64,000 nt of DNA from assembly GCF_036321535.1 (NCBI RefSeq), contig NC_087436.1, positions 53,632,001 to 53,696,000 on the forward strand. Direction: 5' to 3'. The position numbers and the translations under genes are program-made. This document shows, piece by piece, positions 40,660-52,919 of the stretch (position 1 is its first letter; the number at the start of each line of letters is the position of its first letter). The stretch is from Camelus dromedarius. Taxonomy: Eukaryota. Below the pieces are notes generated by a model. The model saw nothing but the letters and a program-made list of their open reading frames with translations. It was not told the DNA's origin and did no database searches.

Positions 40660-41215
40660 ACTGTTTAACAGCCAGTTCTCATACAAGTAATCATCACAGG
40701 CCAGTAATTTTCTAAATCAGTGGTCAAAGTCAACCCAGCCTCCATTAGTTGTCTTATTTTAAAATTTTTTTATTTATTTTTCATTGAAGTATAGTCAGTT
40801 GGCAACGTTGTGTCTATTTCTGGTATACAGCATAATGTTCCAGTCATACATATAAGTACATATATCTGTTTTCATATTCTTTTTCATTATAGGTTATAGA
40901 TCATTATAGGTTATAGGTTATTAGAATATAGATCCCTGTGCTATACAGTATAAATTTGTTATTTATCTGTTATATATAGTTGTTTTATTTTAATGGACAT
41001 GACTTGTTTATCCTGGAACTCCCACTCAATGAAGGCAGAGAATATTCTTTGCCTTTTCCTGCATTACTTTCCGTAGGGATGTGGTTTGTACCAGCCCCTG
41101 GGAAAGCAGGTGCCCAACACTTGCTGATCAAAATGACGGCAGTGTGGCTTATCCACTTGGTGCCTTAGTTCCTCCATAAATAGCATATGTGTCATACAGC
41201 ATGTCTTCCTCCTTT
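40660..41215 (-). pseudogene. Pseudo-exon split by an L1 3' fragment
   Basis: EEDMLYDTYAIYGGTKAPS vs EAAPDIMHYALLGLRKWSS; VDFDH..LACDD vs VQYNQNRFLCDD. Confidence 0.7.
40763..40976 (-). mobile_element. Truncated lineage L1 3' end
   Basis: 17-bp TSD tagttgt(c/t)ttattttaa at 40746 and 40977. Confidence 0.9.
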
Positions 41216-41269
41216 CTTTGGAGAAAAATGGAGAGGTCAGATCATAGTGTAGTTTGAATCTTACTTTTC

Positions 41270-42867
41270 TTATTTTATTAACTTCAAGTAGAGTAGTAGA
41301 TTTTAGTATAGTCACAAAGTTGTGCCACATCAAATTCCAGATAATTTTCATCACTCCCAAAAGACACTCTACCTACTATCAGGCATTCCTCATTTCCTGT
41401 TCTTCCTAGCCTCTGAAAGTCAATAATTTGCTTTTTGCGTTTATGGATTTGCCTATTCTGAACATTTCATCGAAATGGAACCACAACATATGTAGACTTT
41501 TGTGTCTGGCTTCTTTCATTTAGTGTAATATTGTCAAGGTTCATCCATGTACTAGCATGTGTCAGGACCCCATTCTTTTTTATAGCTGAATAACATTCCA
41601 CTGTATGGATATACTACATTTAGTTTATCCATTCATCAGTTGATGGATATTTGGATTGTTTATATTGTCCAGCTATTATGAATAGTGCTGCTATGAATAT
41701 CTGTGTACAAGTTTTTATGTGAACATACATTTTCAGTTCTCTTGGGTGTATACCTAGGAGTGGTATTGCTGGGCCATATGGTAGCTCTATGTTTAACTTT
41801 TTGAGGAACTGCCACATTGATTCCCAAATATGCTGCATGATTTTAATTTCCACCAGCAGTGTGTGAGGGTTCTAATTTCTTCGAATCTTTGCAACACTTG
41901 TTATTGTGTATTTTTTAATTATGGTCTTACTAGTGGGTATGAAGTGGTATCTCACTGTGATTTTAATTTGCATTTCCCTATAGATTAATGGTGTTGAACA
42001 CCTTTCTATGTGTTTATGGGCCATTTGTATGTCTTTTGGCTAAATGTCTATTCAAATCTTTCCCATTTTAAAATGTTTTTTTAAACTTTGTTTATTGTGG
42101 CTTTTTAAGAAATAAACTTTATTCTTTTAGAACAGATTTAGATTTCCAGAAAAATTGTGAAGATAGTTCAGGGAGTTCCCATATACCCTGTACCTAATTT
42201 CCCCCATTACTAACATCTCACGTTAGTGTGGTGCATTTGTTACAAAGAATGATACCACGTTACATTTAGTTGTCATATCTCCTTAGGCTCCTCCTGTCTG
42301 TGACAGTTTCTCAGACATTCTTTGTTTTTGATGACCTTGACAGTTTTGAGGAGTACTGGTGAAGCATTTTACAGAATGTCTCTTTATTGGGATTCTCTGA
42401 TGTTTTTCTTATGGTTAGACTGGGCTTTTTTGTTTTGGGAGGAAGAGCACAGTGGTAAAGTGCTATTTTCATCACACACTATTGACATAGCTTATCAATG
42501 TTAATGTTGGCCTTGATCACATAGTTGAGGCAGTGTTTATATAGTTTCTTTCATCTCTCTCTCCATGCTGTACTCTTTGCAAGGAAGTCACTAGGCAGAA
42601 TCCATATTTAAGGAGTTACATGCCATTTCTTGAGGGCAGAATATTTACATAAATTATTTGGAATTCTTCTGAATGGAAGATTTGCCTCTTTTCCCTTATT
42701 TATCCATTTATCCATATTATTATGGACTTATGGATATTTATTTTATATTTTGGTTTATAATCCAATACTACTTTGCCTTACTGCTCAAATTGCTCCAGCT
42801 TAGGCCATTGGGAACTCTTTCAGCCGGCTCCTGAGTCCCTTCGATTTACCCCCACCACTGTGTGTGT

Positions 42868-42928
<61 letters not shown>

Positions 42929-43625
42929 TGAGTCTGAGCACTTCCTTAGTTTCTGACACTATAAGATGCTCCAGGCTGATCATGTATATTTCTTGCATCA
43001 GTCCTAGAATCAAGGATTCCTGTTCCTTTTATTGATACCATTGAAGAATGGTATTAGAAATCAAGATGTGGGTTCTAGGGCTATTTTTGTTTTGTTGCTG
43101 AGTTGTAAGCCTTCTTTATATGTTCAATATGCAATCCCCTAATCATATATATGATTTACAAATATTTTCTCTCAGTCCTTGTGCTGTCTTCTTACTTTCT
43201 TGATAGTCTCCTTTGAGGCACAGAAGTTTTAATTTTCGATGAGTTCTAATTATCTATCTTTTCTTTTGTCACTTGTGCTTTTGGTGTCATATCTAAGAAA
43301 AAATTGCCTAACCTAAAGTGGTGAAGGTTTATGTCTATGTTTTCTTCTAAGAGTTTACATTAAGTCTTTGGCCTATTTTGTGTTAATTTTTGTATTTTGT
43401 ATTTTGCAAGGTAATGGTTCAACTTCTTTCTTTTGTATTTGGATATCTAGTTGTCCCAGCACCATTTGTTGAAAAGATTTTTCTTTACCCTCTGAACTGT
43501 CTTGACATCCTTGTTAAAAATGTCATGGTTTATTTTTGGATTCTCAGTTCTATTCCATTGATCTATATGTTTATTTTTAAGCCAGTACCTCATTGTCTTG
43601 ATTACTATAGTTTTGTTGTGGCGTG
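41270..43625 (-). mobile_element. L1M (ORF2 3' part and 3' UTR) with a second L1 3' UTR segment (~42105-43080) and (TG)n at 42858-42927
   Basis: ORF2 peptides [24 protein letters not shown] and IDQWNRTENP; the outer element resumes after the inner segment. Confidence 0.85.
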
Positions 43626-43659
43626 AATCTTTGAGTAATATAATGAACACAACACATTT

Positions 43660-43930
43660 AGTAATCCTAGTGGTGAGCTGCAAGAGGCTGTCCAGGTGAC
43701 CTCACCCAGAGTAGTCCAGATTTTTACTGTGCTCCAAATTGGACTGAAACCTTGGTTCACTTGCCATAACAGGAAGGTAGGAGGTATATACAGGGACAGT
43801 GAAATTCCTTTAGGGCATAATAACATGGTGTGACATTGACCAGACCTGTAAACTGAGCAGCTCTAAATAGGTACAGACACACTCACCAGCAGGATGAAGG
43901 GAGGGTGCTTTGGGTATAAGATATAAAATT
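43660..43930 (-). pseudogene. Pseudo-exon(s)
   Basis: YILYPKHPPFIL|gtgagt vs YKKYWPNHIMLVL; YYALKEF vs HFLIKEL; KIW..ASC vs DIWPF..DDSC. Confidence 0.6.
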
Positions 43931-44934
43931 CACACTTAGTTTGCTGTTTCTAAGAAGTTCTTAGGGATGCTCTCCCCAGAAGCACAGCCTAAGGGGCTGT
44001 AGGAAAGGACACCCTTGCTTAGCCACGGCCTTTCCAGTCCCTCCTGCTTGTGTCTCTGCCCCCGGGACTTGGCTTTATGAGATCTTCTGTCGGTCTAAAG
44101 TGGATCATGCTCTTGGTGTCCATAGAAACTAACCCATTTTAAAGGGATGCTTCATAGACACTTTTTAGACAGAAAGCTTATGCCATGGTTGTGTATCTGA
44201 AAAGAAGTGGTCTTCTAGATGTGCTGAATCGTTATCTCCTTGGACTACATTTTCATGGACATTGGTCAGTTAAGAATTGTACACTTGAGAAACTGGAAGT
44301 GAAGAATACAGTGAATATCCAGACAGTTTGTTACCACTGCCTTCATGCTAATGTGCCAATTTTAATTATCATTTCTATTGTACCATCAGTTCCAATGTCA
44401 AAAAATTTTGTAATTTCTGTTACAATTTCATAGACTTTTGACTTAATTTTTAGGTAAAACAGATGGTATTCACACACAAGTCAAGAAGCATTAGAGGAAC
44501 TAGGGATTTAATGTACAACATGATGAATATAATTAACACTGTTTGCTGTATGTTATATATGAAAGTTAAGAAAGTAGATCCTGAGTGTTCTTACCACAAG
44601 AAAAAAAATTTTCTATTTTTAAAATTTTATACCTAGATGAAATTATGGATATTTACTAAACGTAGTGTGATAATACTTCCTGGTGTATGTAAACCAAATC
44701 ATTATGTTGTTCACTTAAACTTATGCAGTGCTGTCATTTATGTCTTAGTAAAACTGAAAGAAAAAAATAATTGTACACTTGAATGGTAATTTTGAATGAA
44801 ATTCCAGGAGCTGAATGTGGACCAGTATGAGTGAGAAATTCCTGGGACCATAGTTTTTTGGGGAAGTTCCTATGTTTTGTTTTCTTTACCTTCAGGAACC
44901 CTACCAGATTTTCATGGTGAAGGTATGAATGTGA

Positions 44935-45900
44935 ATGGTCTAGATACATCAATTAAAGACAGAGATTGTCAGGATGGATTTTAAAAAAATAAGACTTAAC
45001 TATAAGAAACTCATTTTATATATAAAGATCCAGGTAGATTATACATAAAGGGATAGAGAAAGATATACCATGATAACATCAGTTAAAGAAAGCTGGAGTA
45101 TCTATATTAATTTCAGACAAAGCTGACTTCTGAATATGGAGGATTATCAGGAATAAAGTGTGGCATTACATAATGATAAAGCATTTAATTCTTCAAGGAG
45201 ACATAACAACCCTAAACATGGATAAACCTAAATACACATTAAAATACTTGAGTTAAACACTGATAGAACTGAATGGAGTTATAGACAAATCCACTATTAC
45301 AACTGGAGACTTCAAAACCCCTCTGTTAGTGGGGGTAAAGGGCGTGGGAAGGGAAAAATGAGAAATTCAAAATTTGCACCTTTTGGGGAGTGACGGAAAT
45401 GTTAGCTATCCTGATTGTGGTGGTGGTTTCATTGGTGTCTACATCAAAATCCATCAAATCGTACATCTGAAATATGTGTAGTTTACAGGAATCATACCAC
45501 AATAAAGATGTTTAAAAAAAAAAAAACAACCCTCTGTTAGTAACTGAACAGACAGTAAATCAGCAAGGATGTAGATAACCTGACTAGCACTATCCATCAA
45601 CTGGATCTTACTGACACCTGTAGACCACTCCATCCAACAACAGAAGCAGGCACATTCTTTCCAAGTTCACCGCAACAGTCACCAAGTCAGACCATATTCT
45701 AGGCCACAAACACACCATAACAAACTTAAAATCATAGAAAGCATACGAAGAGGGTTCTCAGACCACAATGGAATTCAGCTAGAAATCAAAAGCAGAAAGA
45801 TAGCTGGATAATCCCCCAAATATTTGGAAATTAAACAACATACTTCTGAATAACCCATGAGGCAAAGAAGTCTCAAAGAAATCTAGAAATATTTTGAATT
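44935..45900 (+). mobile_element. L1 ORF2 endonuclease-region fragment
   Basis: aattaaagacagagattgtcag..ggagacttcaa..gaccatattctaggccac..tctcagaccacaatggaat. Confidence 0.85.
45331..45529 (+). mobile_element. Short polyadenylated retroposon nested in L1
   Basis: AATAAA plus poly(A); 12-bp exact TSD ccctctgttagt at 45319 and 45530. Confidence 0.85.
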
Positions 45901-47079
45901 CTACCTGAAAGAAATCTCAAAGGAAAAGGCAGAAAGAAATTGACAACACAAACAATAAAAGCTTTGACTGTCAGAAAATATCACAAGGGAAATGGAAAGA
46001 AACAACAAACTGGGAAAAAGATTTACAGCAAATATGACAAATACAAATAAAACACATATTTTTTAAAGAAATTTAAAATTTCCTACTAAATTATTAAATA
46101 TTTAAAAATGATACCATTCCAGTGAATTATACATTTGAGATCAGTGCACTTTACTGAATGTATACTAAAATCAATTTTTAAAAATTCTATGCAATGTTGG
46201 TAGTTTACTGAAGCCTTTCACACTTTGCTAGTGATAATCTAAACTGTCACAAACTTCCTAGAAAGCAATACAGCTGGTTATCAAGAGCATTATCCCAGAA
46301 TTTCCACTTCTAAAATACAACAAAAATTTACACACAAAGGCATCCCTTATGTGAATGAAAACTCAGAACACAAAAATCCACAATAGATTAATGCTTACAA
46401 ATATTATGATAAATCTGTTTGGTGAGATTTTAAGAAGCTACCAAATATTGGTTTATCAAGTTTTTAAATGAGAGAACATGTTTTGAGAATAAACAATATA
46501 TAAAATTATATGTATCAGATATACACAATTTTATATTTAAATGTGTAGGAAAAGAAAATAAGGAATTATGGCAAAATAATTATTGCTGCAGTATTTCCTC
46601 TTGATACTGAAGTGATGGGTCATTTTGGGGGGGGTCACTGTTTTTACTTCTTTATAATTTTTTGGTACATTTCTTATTTTCTAAGTAAATACTCAGTCTT
46701 TGATAATCAATAATAAAACTAAGAATTAAATAAACAAAAAATAAACTCCCAGTGTCTGGAATCCTGTTTCATGTTACTCCTCCTGCTGGACTCTTAAGCA
46801 TCGTCCAAGGTGCAGGTCAAAGTCACCTACTCTGTGAAACCCTATCAAACCCTCAGAGTTAATCACTCCCTCCTTTGTGTCTGTCAACTCTTTGCACAAA
46901 GTTCTCTCCCTCATGTATCACAGTGGCTGGTTTATTTGTTACTCCTACTAGACTGAGGATCGGGGGCCGTGTTATGTCATCTTGTCTCTGTGGTACCCAG
47001 GACAGCATCTGGTACCAAATAGATATTTAATCAATCATTATTACAGTTATTGACTGTCTCCTTTACTATCTCCCTGATT

Positions 47080-47745
47080 CTCTTGCTTGAGATACATATC
47101 TTTTCTTAGCTGATATTCCTGAGGAACCAAAGACTAGGAAGCCATGAGGGGAAAGACATTTCTCAGCTCCATCAAAGATTGCTTTTGGTTTTCCTGCTCA
47201 TGGACACATGATCCAAGGTGACTGTCATTTTTGTCCCTGGCAGAAGAAATAACACCATCTTTTTAAACAGAATGAGTAATTTGTGGTTGATTTCTACCCC
47301 AACTGAAGCCTAATCTTTCTTTTCTATAGTGAATGGATTAGACTGTTCTAAATACAATCAATCAAAAACTTTTAGGTGAAAACATCCTCATGTCTTAGGT
47401 CTCTTCTCTAGCTCCCTTAAGCTCTTGTCCTGAGAGTAGCCTTTCTTGATTCAGTTCTGTAAAGCAGATCGGCCTAGATTTTCTTGCTCCATGAATACCT
47501 AGTAAGAAGCTTTCCCACATGCTTTATGTTAACAAGGTAGTTACAAAATGCATTAGCCACGTGGCAAAATGAGTCCCAAACTTTGATGATTCTCAAGGCT
47601 ACTTTTCCTTCTGAAAAAGAAAACCAGGTGAAAACATGTGATAAAAGTATACACATTACTGAATGACATGAGTCCAAAACTGAATGACATGAGTCCAAAG
47701 CAAATGATCTTGAATCCAAAGAGGTGAGCTCTTATTCTATGCATA
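47080..47745 (-). pseudogene. Pseudo-exon(s), start of the C-terminal conserved domain
   Basis: HLFGFKIICFG vs HAFAFSYSMLG; HLVFFFRRKSSLEN vs HFVFSQPGGQLES; VHEQ..IFDGAE..H.FLV..LVPQEYQL vs RHEH..AMDGASHLHVLVVKEYEM. Confidence 0.8.
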
Positions 47746-47781
47746 TGTCCAACCCAGTGGCAGTGGGTTCTTTTTCCCTGG

Positions 47782-47900
47782 TGTAAAGGTTAATTTTGTG
47801 TGTCAACTTGGCTAGGCCGCAGTACCCAGATACTTGGTCAAACGTTATTTTAGATGTTTCTGTAAAGGTATTTTTTAGTGAGATCAATACTTTATGTGGT

Positions 47901-47935
<35 letters not shown>

Positions 47936-48708
47936 GGAATACTACTCGGCCATAAAAAAGAATGACATTTTGCCATTTGCCCCAACATGGATGGACTTGG
48001 AGGGTATCATGCTAAGTGAAATAAGTCAGACAGAGAAAGACAAGTACTGAATGGTATCACTTATATGTGGAATCTAAAAATTACAACAAACTAGTGACTA
48101 TAATAAAAAAAAAAAAGAAGCAAATTCACAGATACAGATAACAAACTAGTGGTTACCAAGGGGAGAGGGAAGGGGGTGGGGACAAGAGGGGTAAGGGATT
48201 AAGAGGTACAAACTACTATGTATAAAATAAATAAGCTACAAGCATATATTGTACAACATGTGGAATATAGCTAACATTTTATAACTATAAATGGAATATA
48301 ACCTTTAAAAAATGTGAATCACTACATTGTACACCTGTAACTTATATAATATTGTATATCAACTACACTTCAATTTAAAAAAAATTATTAAAAAATTTTT
48401 AATTTTAAAATTTAAAGCAGATTACCCTCCATAGTGTGGGCAGACCTCATCCAATCAGATGAAGGCCTTAATAGAAAAAGACTGACTTCCCCAAGCAAAA
48501 AGGAATTCTGCCAGCAGACTCCTTTTGGACTCAAACTGCAATTCCTCCCTGAGTCTCCAGCCTGCCAGCCTACCCAGCAGATTTTGGTCTTGCCAAGCCT
48601 CCAAATCATGTGAGCAGATTTCTTAAAATAAATCTCTCTCTCTACACACACACACACACACACACATCCTGTTGCTTCTGTTTCTCTGGATGAACCCTGA
48701 CTAATACA
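47782..48708 (+). mobile_element. MLT2 (ERVL) LTR with a nested L1 3' end (~47895-48412)
   Basis: tgtaaaggttaattttgtgtgtcaacttg..aaccctgactaataca; ccctg on both flanks. Confidence 0.9.
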
Positions 48709-48899
48709 CCCTGTTACAGCTGAATTGTTAGATCAAGTGATGCCTCTATGGCATCCTACTATTGGGAAATAAATTTACATAAAACTATTTCAGGCTGTGG
48801 ATGAAAGGAGAGTATAATATTTAATTATTAACAAGGACATTTACCTCTTCAGGAATCTTATGTATTTTATTGTTAGCCTTCTTTTTGAAGATGAAGCCA

Positions 48900-49055
48900 C
48901 TCTACCAGTGTGCTGGCTCTGTGATTTTTTCCCTTGGCTCTCCAAGCATGATGGTATGGGAAAGGTTGACTATGCCCAGTCTTGCTTGAATTCATTGGTA
49001 ATGGAGAGTAACCAGATAAGGCAACATTAATTTCTTGGTAAGCCGCCATCACCAT
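48900..49055 (-). pseudogene. Pseudo-exon
   Basis: VALSGYSP..PYHH vs GREB1 MRLSKYAAYNTYHH (ORF-track 48873..49055). Confidence 0.55.
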
Positions 49056-49084
49056 TGTGGTGACTTAACAGTTAAGGAATAATT

Positions 49085-50345
49085 CTGTATTTGTTTCAAT
49101 AGTTGTTTTAACAAATTATCATAAACTTAAAAATCTTTTCTTCCCCAAAAGTCCAAAACTAGTTTCACTGAGACTAAATCAAGGTGTCAGCAGGTCCAAG
49201 CTCTCTCCAGAGAGAAAACCCATTTTCTAGGGGAAAACCCATTCTTTGCCTCTCCCAGCAACTGGTGGTTGCCAGTATTCCTGGACTGGTGGCTGCATCC
49301 ATCCAATTTCTGCCTCCCCAGTCATATTAGTTGTCATTTCTCTTTAGTTGCCTTTAATATGGAACAGTTTTGAAGCCCTCCCTTGACTATCATGACCTTG
49401 AGAATTTTGAAGATCAGAGGCCAATTTTTAGAATAGCCCTGAATTTGAGTTTGTCTGATGCCTCCCCTTGAGTAGATTCTGGTTACGTATCTCTGGCAGA
49501 GATGTCACAGAAGTGGTCCTGTGTGGCTCACTGCAGTTTGTTAGGGCACACATTTTACTCTGTTCTGTTCCTGGTGATGTTAAATTTAATCACTTGATTA
49601 GGATGGTGTTTGCCAGTCTTCTCCAATATAAATTTACTGTGGTTTTCTTAATAATTGAGCATTTCGAAGGGTGATACTTTGAGATTATGTAAATGTCCTG
49701 TTCCTCATCAAACTTTCAATTTCTCCATTTATCTGTCTAGCTATTTATATATTCATATAATGAATTCCTATGTTGTTTATGGGTTTTAATTCATTACTTT
49801 CATTATTTATTTTGATGATCTGATTATCTCAGATATAGCCAGTAGCAGCCTCTTCAAACTGGCCCCTGGCTCCTGTTTCCTTTTGACATGGCCCCATCAT
49901 TTATTTATTTATTTAGAGCGTATCCATAGTTATGGCAGCACAAGATGTTCCAGGCTCATCTTTTACTTCCCCTGTCTGAGTTCTGGAATCAACTGTTTTC
50001 CCAAGGATCCCTGATATCTTCAGTAGAGAATGGTATTTCGAAGCCAAGACCTGGTGCTGGGTGTGGTCATTTCCACAGGGGAGTTGCTACTCTCAAGCCC
50101 TTTCGCACGTCTTCAATTATATTTATCTCCTTACATATTGCAAACCATGTGTTCACATTAATATCTCCAATTCCAATCCAACAAAATAGGGTTTATTATA
50201 ATTTTCTCCCTTTCCACATTTGTAGCTCTCTTCTCTGCTAGTGAGAAACTTGGCTGCTATCATCCATGAGACAGTTACTTACTGATTGAGCCTGCTCAGC
50301 CTGCTCAGGCTCTGACACCCTGCTCGGGCCACGACAGCTCCTCTT
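49085..50345 (-). mobile_element. MLT1 fragment followed by an L1MC 3' UTR
   Basis: aaatcaaggtgtcagcagg..; ttaatcacttgattaggatgg..caagatgttccaggctcatctt. Confidence 0.7.
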
Positions 50346-50539
50346 CACATCTTTGCTATCTTCCATGGTCCCTCATAATGGCTTTTGGACTGAACTGTTC
50401 AGAAAAGAAAGGGAAGGGAAACAAAAGAGGAAGAGAAAAACAATATTCAGCCAATTTTTGTTAAATGTGCATGATGGGCAAAGGATTATGCTGGGTGCTG
50501 TCTGAGATATAAAATAATAATAACAATATGCATCAGAGC

Positions 50540-50945
50540 TTACGGACCTAGCAGTCAGCTGGGCTGGGTTGTATAGCAGTAACAAACAACTCCCAAACCT
50601 CGGGGCCTTAAGACCACAAAGGATTATTTCTCACTCATATTTTATTTCCTTCGTGTCTCTGCTCTATGTTGTCTTTATTCCAGGACCAGGCTAAAGGAAC
50701 AAACCATCTCTGAGAAGTGCTAATCTGGGGATGGTCTTGCAGTAGAGGAAATAACAAGATGGCTGAAACCACGTGGTAAGTCTTAAAGTCTCTGATTGGA
50801 AGTGGCCTCTGTCACTTCTGCTCACATTTCACTGACCAATGCAAGATACAAGACCAAACTTGACATTATTGGGGCAAAGAGGTACAATCCTTCTACAGAG
50901 AGAGGAAGCGAATATTTGAAAAAAAAAAATGCAATAAACCACATA
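50540..50945. mobile_element. MLT1J-like LTR
   Basis: gcagtaacaaacaactcccaaa..ggaagtggc..tcacttctgctcacatttcactgacca. Confidence 0.7.
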
Positions 50946-51019
50946 GACCTGTGCGTCTATACACTTAACTAGCAGGTGCGATATAATAGAGGAAAGCGCG
51001 CACTCCATTTAACCCCACT

Positions 51020-51207
51020 TTGCAGTAAGATGGGTATCAAAAATGTAACAAACTGAAGGGTACGGTCCTTATGCTATCCAGACATTTTGTGGTCTTGAAC
51101 TAAAAAAGATTTCAGGTGAAAGTGAGAAATAGATAAAAACAGCTGTAAGGACTCTCGCTGCGTAGGATAAACAGAGGGAACACGGAAAGCAGCACCTTCT
51201 GTCAGAC
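51020..51207 (-). pseudogene. Pseudo-exon over the degenerate P-loop region
   Basis: A 79-nt intron (51208-51286) with AAG|GTGAGT and ccttctgctccttctccag|G lies upstream. QKVLLSVFP..FYLFLTF..TVPFSLLHF*YPSY vs GREB1 RRLLLSGPPQ..AYLQFLSV..KLPFDYIIHDPKY. Confidence 0.7.
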
Positions 51208-51639
51208 CTGGAGAAGGAGCAGAAGGTAACATGTGACATTCCCGAGGAGGTAGCTGTTTAGGTTAATAGTTAAGGTTTGCACTCACCTTTCACCACGACC
51301 CTAAAGGGTTTTGTAGAGCTTTATCAGATGCATGTCCCAGCAGTGGAATCCCATGGGGCATTTCTTAGACTAACAATTCATTTGTAACAGATGAAGAAAG
51401 AACCCATTCTCACTGGACTGGAATAATGGATAGAATAAAAAATTGTATTTCAGATTTTTCCCAATCTAATGATTGAAAAATGGTATCTCAGTGTAGTTTC
51501 AATTCAGATTTCACTTATTATGAGTGAGGATGAGCACCTCTTACGTTGTCATGCCTCTGTTTACATGTCAGTGGGCTGCTTTTATTCGTACCCTTGCCTA
51601 GTTTTCTGTTGGGTTTGGGGTCCTTTTCTAGCTGATTTC

Positions 51640-51930
51640 TAGGAAAGGCTGAGAAGGATTTTGTCAGCCTGGGCTGCGATGAGGAATTCTGCCAGAAGCG
51701 TGCCAGGTGCTCGAGTGATTGGGACGCGGTCCTCGGGCTGGGCGTTTCCCCTTGGGAAGGCATGTAGATTACCACCAGCAAAAAGATTCACCTGGTTCAA
51801 GTATTTGGGAAACAGCAACCAGCTCAAGTGGGACTTAGGGCTCATGGGCAGCCCCAGAAGGAGCACGGTCCCATCCTGGGCAAGGAGAAGGTCCCGGTGT
51901 CCGGCTCCCTGGGAGCAGATGCTGAGCTAG
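51640..51930 (-). pseudogene. Pseudo-exon, 3' part, after the SINE
   Basis: DGTVLL..LLFPKYLNQV..AFPRG/[fs]FWQNSSSQPRLTKSFS vs GREB1 AGTWVL..VFLPKLVYDM..GLPKA..MWASSFRPLLSKTMT. Confidence 0.8.
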
Positions 51931-51932
51931 GG

Positions 51933-51956
51933 TTTTCTTTCTTTCTTTCTTTCTTT

Positions 51957-52018
<62 letters not shown>

Positions 52019-52115
52019 TTTCTTTCTTCCTTTCTTCCTTTCTTCCTTTCTTCCTTTCTTCCTTTCTTCCTTTCTTTCTTTCTTTCTTTCTTTCTTCTTT
52101 CTCTCTTTCTCTCTT

Positions 52116-52183
<68 letters not shown>

Positions 52184-52325
52184 TCTCTTTCTTTCTTTTC
52201 TTTTCTTTTCTTTTCTTTTCTTTTCTTTTCTTTTTTTGAGTGGAGGTACTGGCGACAGAATCCAGGACGTCCTGCGTGCTGAGCATGCGCTCTATCAGTG
52301 AGCTACTACCCCCACCCCCCACCCC
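51933..52325 (-). mobile_element. tRNA-derived SINE with a ~300-bp compound microsatellite tail
   Basis: Head at 52240-52325; tail (TTTC)n, (TTTCTTCC)n, (TC)n, (TTTTC)n at 51933-52237. Confidence 0.9.
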
Positions 52326-52337
52326 GCGCGTTCTTCC

Positions 52338-52811
52338 TCAGGTGATTTTTTTCAGCGTCCTCTCAGAAGATGAGTAAGAGAAACAGGACAGGTCAGAGGA
52401 GGAAAACTCAGCAGGAATGTGGTCTCTGTTGGAGACTAGCTTCAGCTGGACCCCAGGGGAAGCTCCATGAACCGCACGCCACAGCTGGCTGTCCTTCCCT
52501 TGAGAAGCGACTTGCTCTTTGTACTCCATGTCGGTAAGTCCTTGGCTGAGTTCTGGGGACGAGTGGGGAGGACAGGCTTCCAGGTCAAGATGGCTTCGGA
52601 GTGGCGGAGAGCAGGTCTCCGGAGAAGGGGGCAGCTATGAGTCGTTAACCACCTTCACTCACAAAGCAGCTGAGGGACGGGTGCACCTGCTCCTAAATGG
52701 TATCTGGGTGGGGCACCAATGCTTCCGTTGCTCGTAGTAGGATCTGGAGTTCCCCCCGAAATCCTGCAGCATCTTCCCATGAATAAGTCCACCTGCATAC
52801 TTGAGTGTCCC
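52338..52811 (-). pseudogene. Pseudo-exon, 5' part, interrupted by a SINE
   Basis: Acceptor TTTTTAG|G. LIHGK..G..RSYYEQR and TI*EQVHPSLSCFVSE vs GREB1 LIFSG..PRSLRYCDLR and TALEQELGLAAYFVSN, then an S/P-rich stretch ending SSSDLSCFSYSSS vs SSCSQLSSSSGSSS. Confidence 0.75.
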
Positions 52812-52919
52812 CTAAAAATGTCCTCAAAAAGCTAGTGGAAAAGCTTTAAGCAAAAGCTAATGGATATGCTAGCCGAGGGGGGCTGAAGAGGGGTTGGAGG
52901 AAGTGAGCTGCCCAACTGG

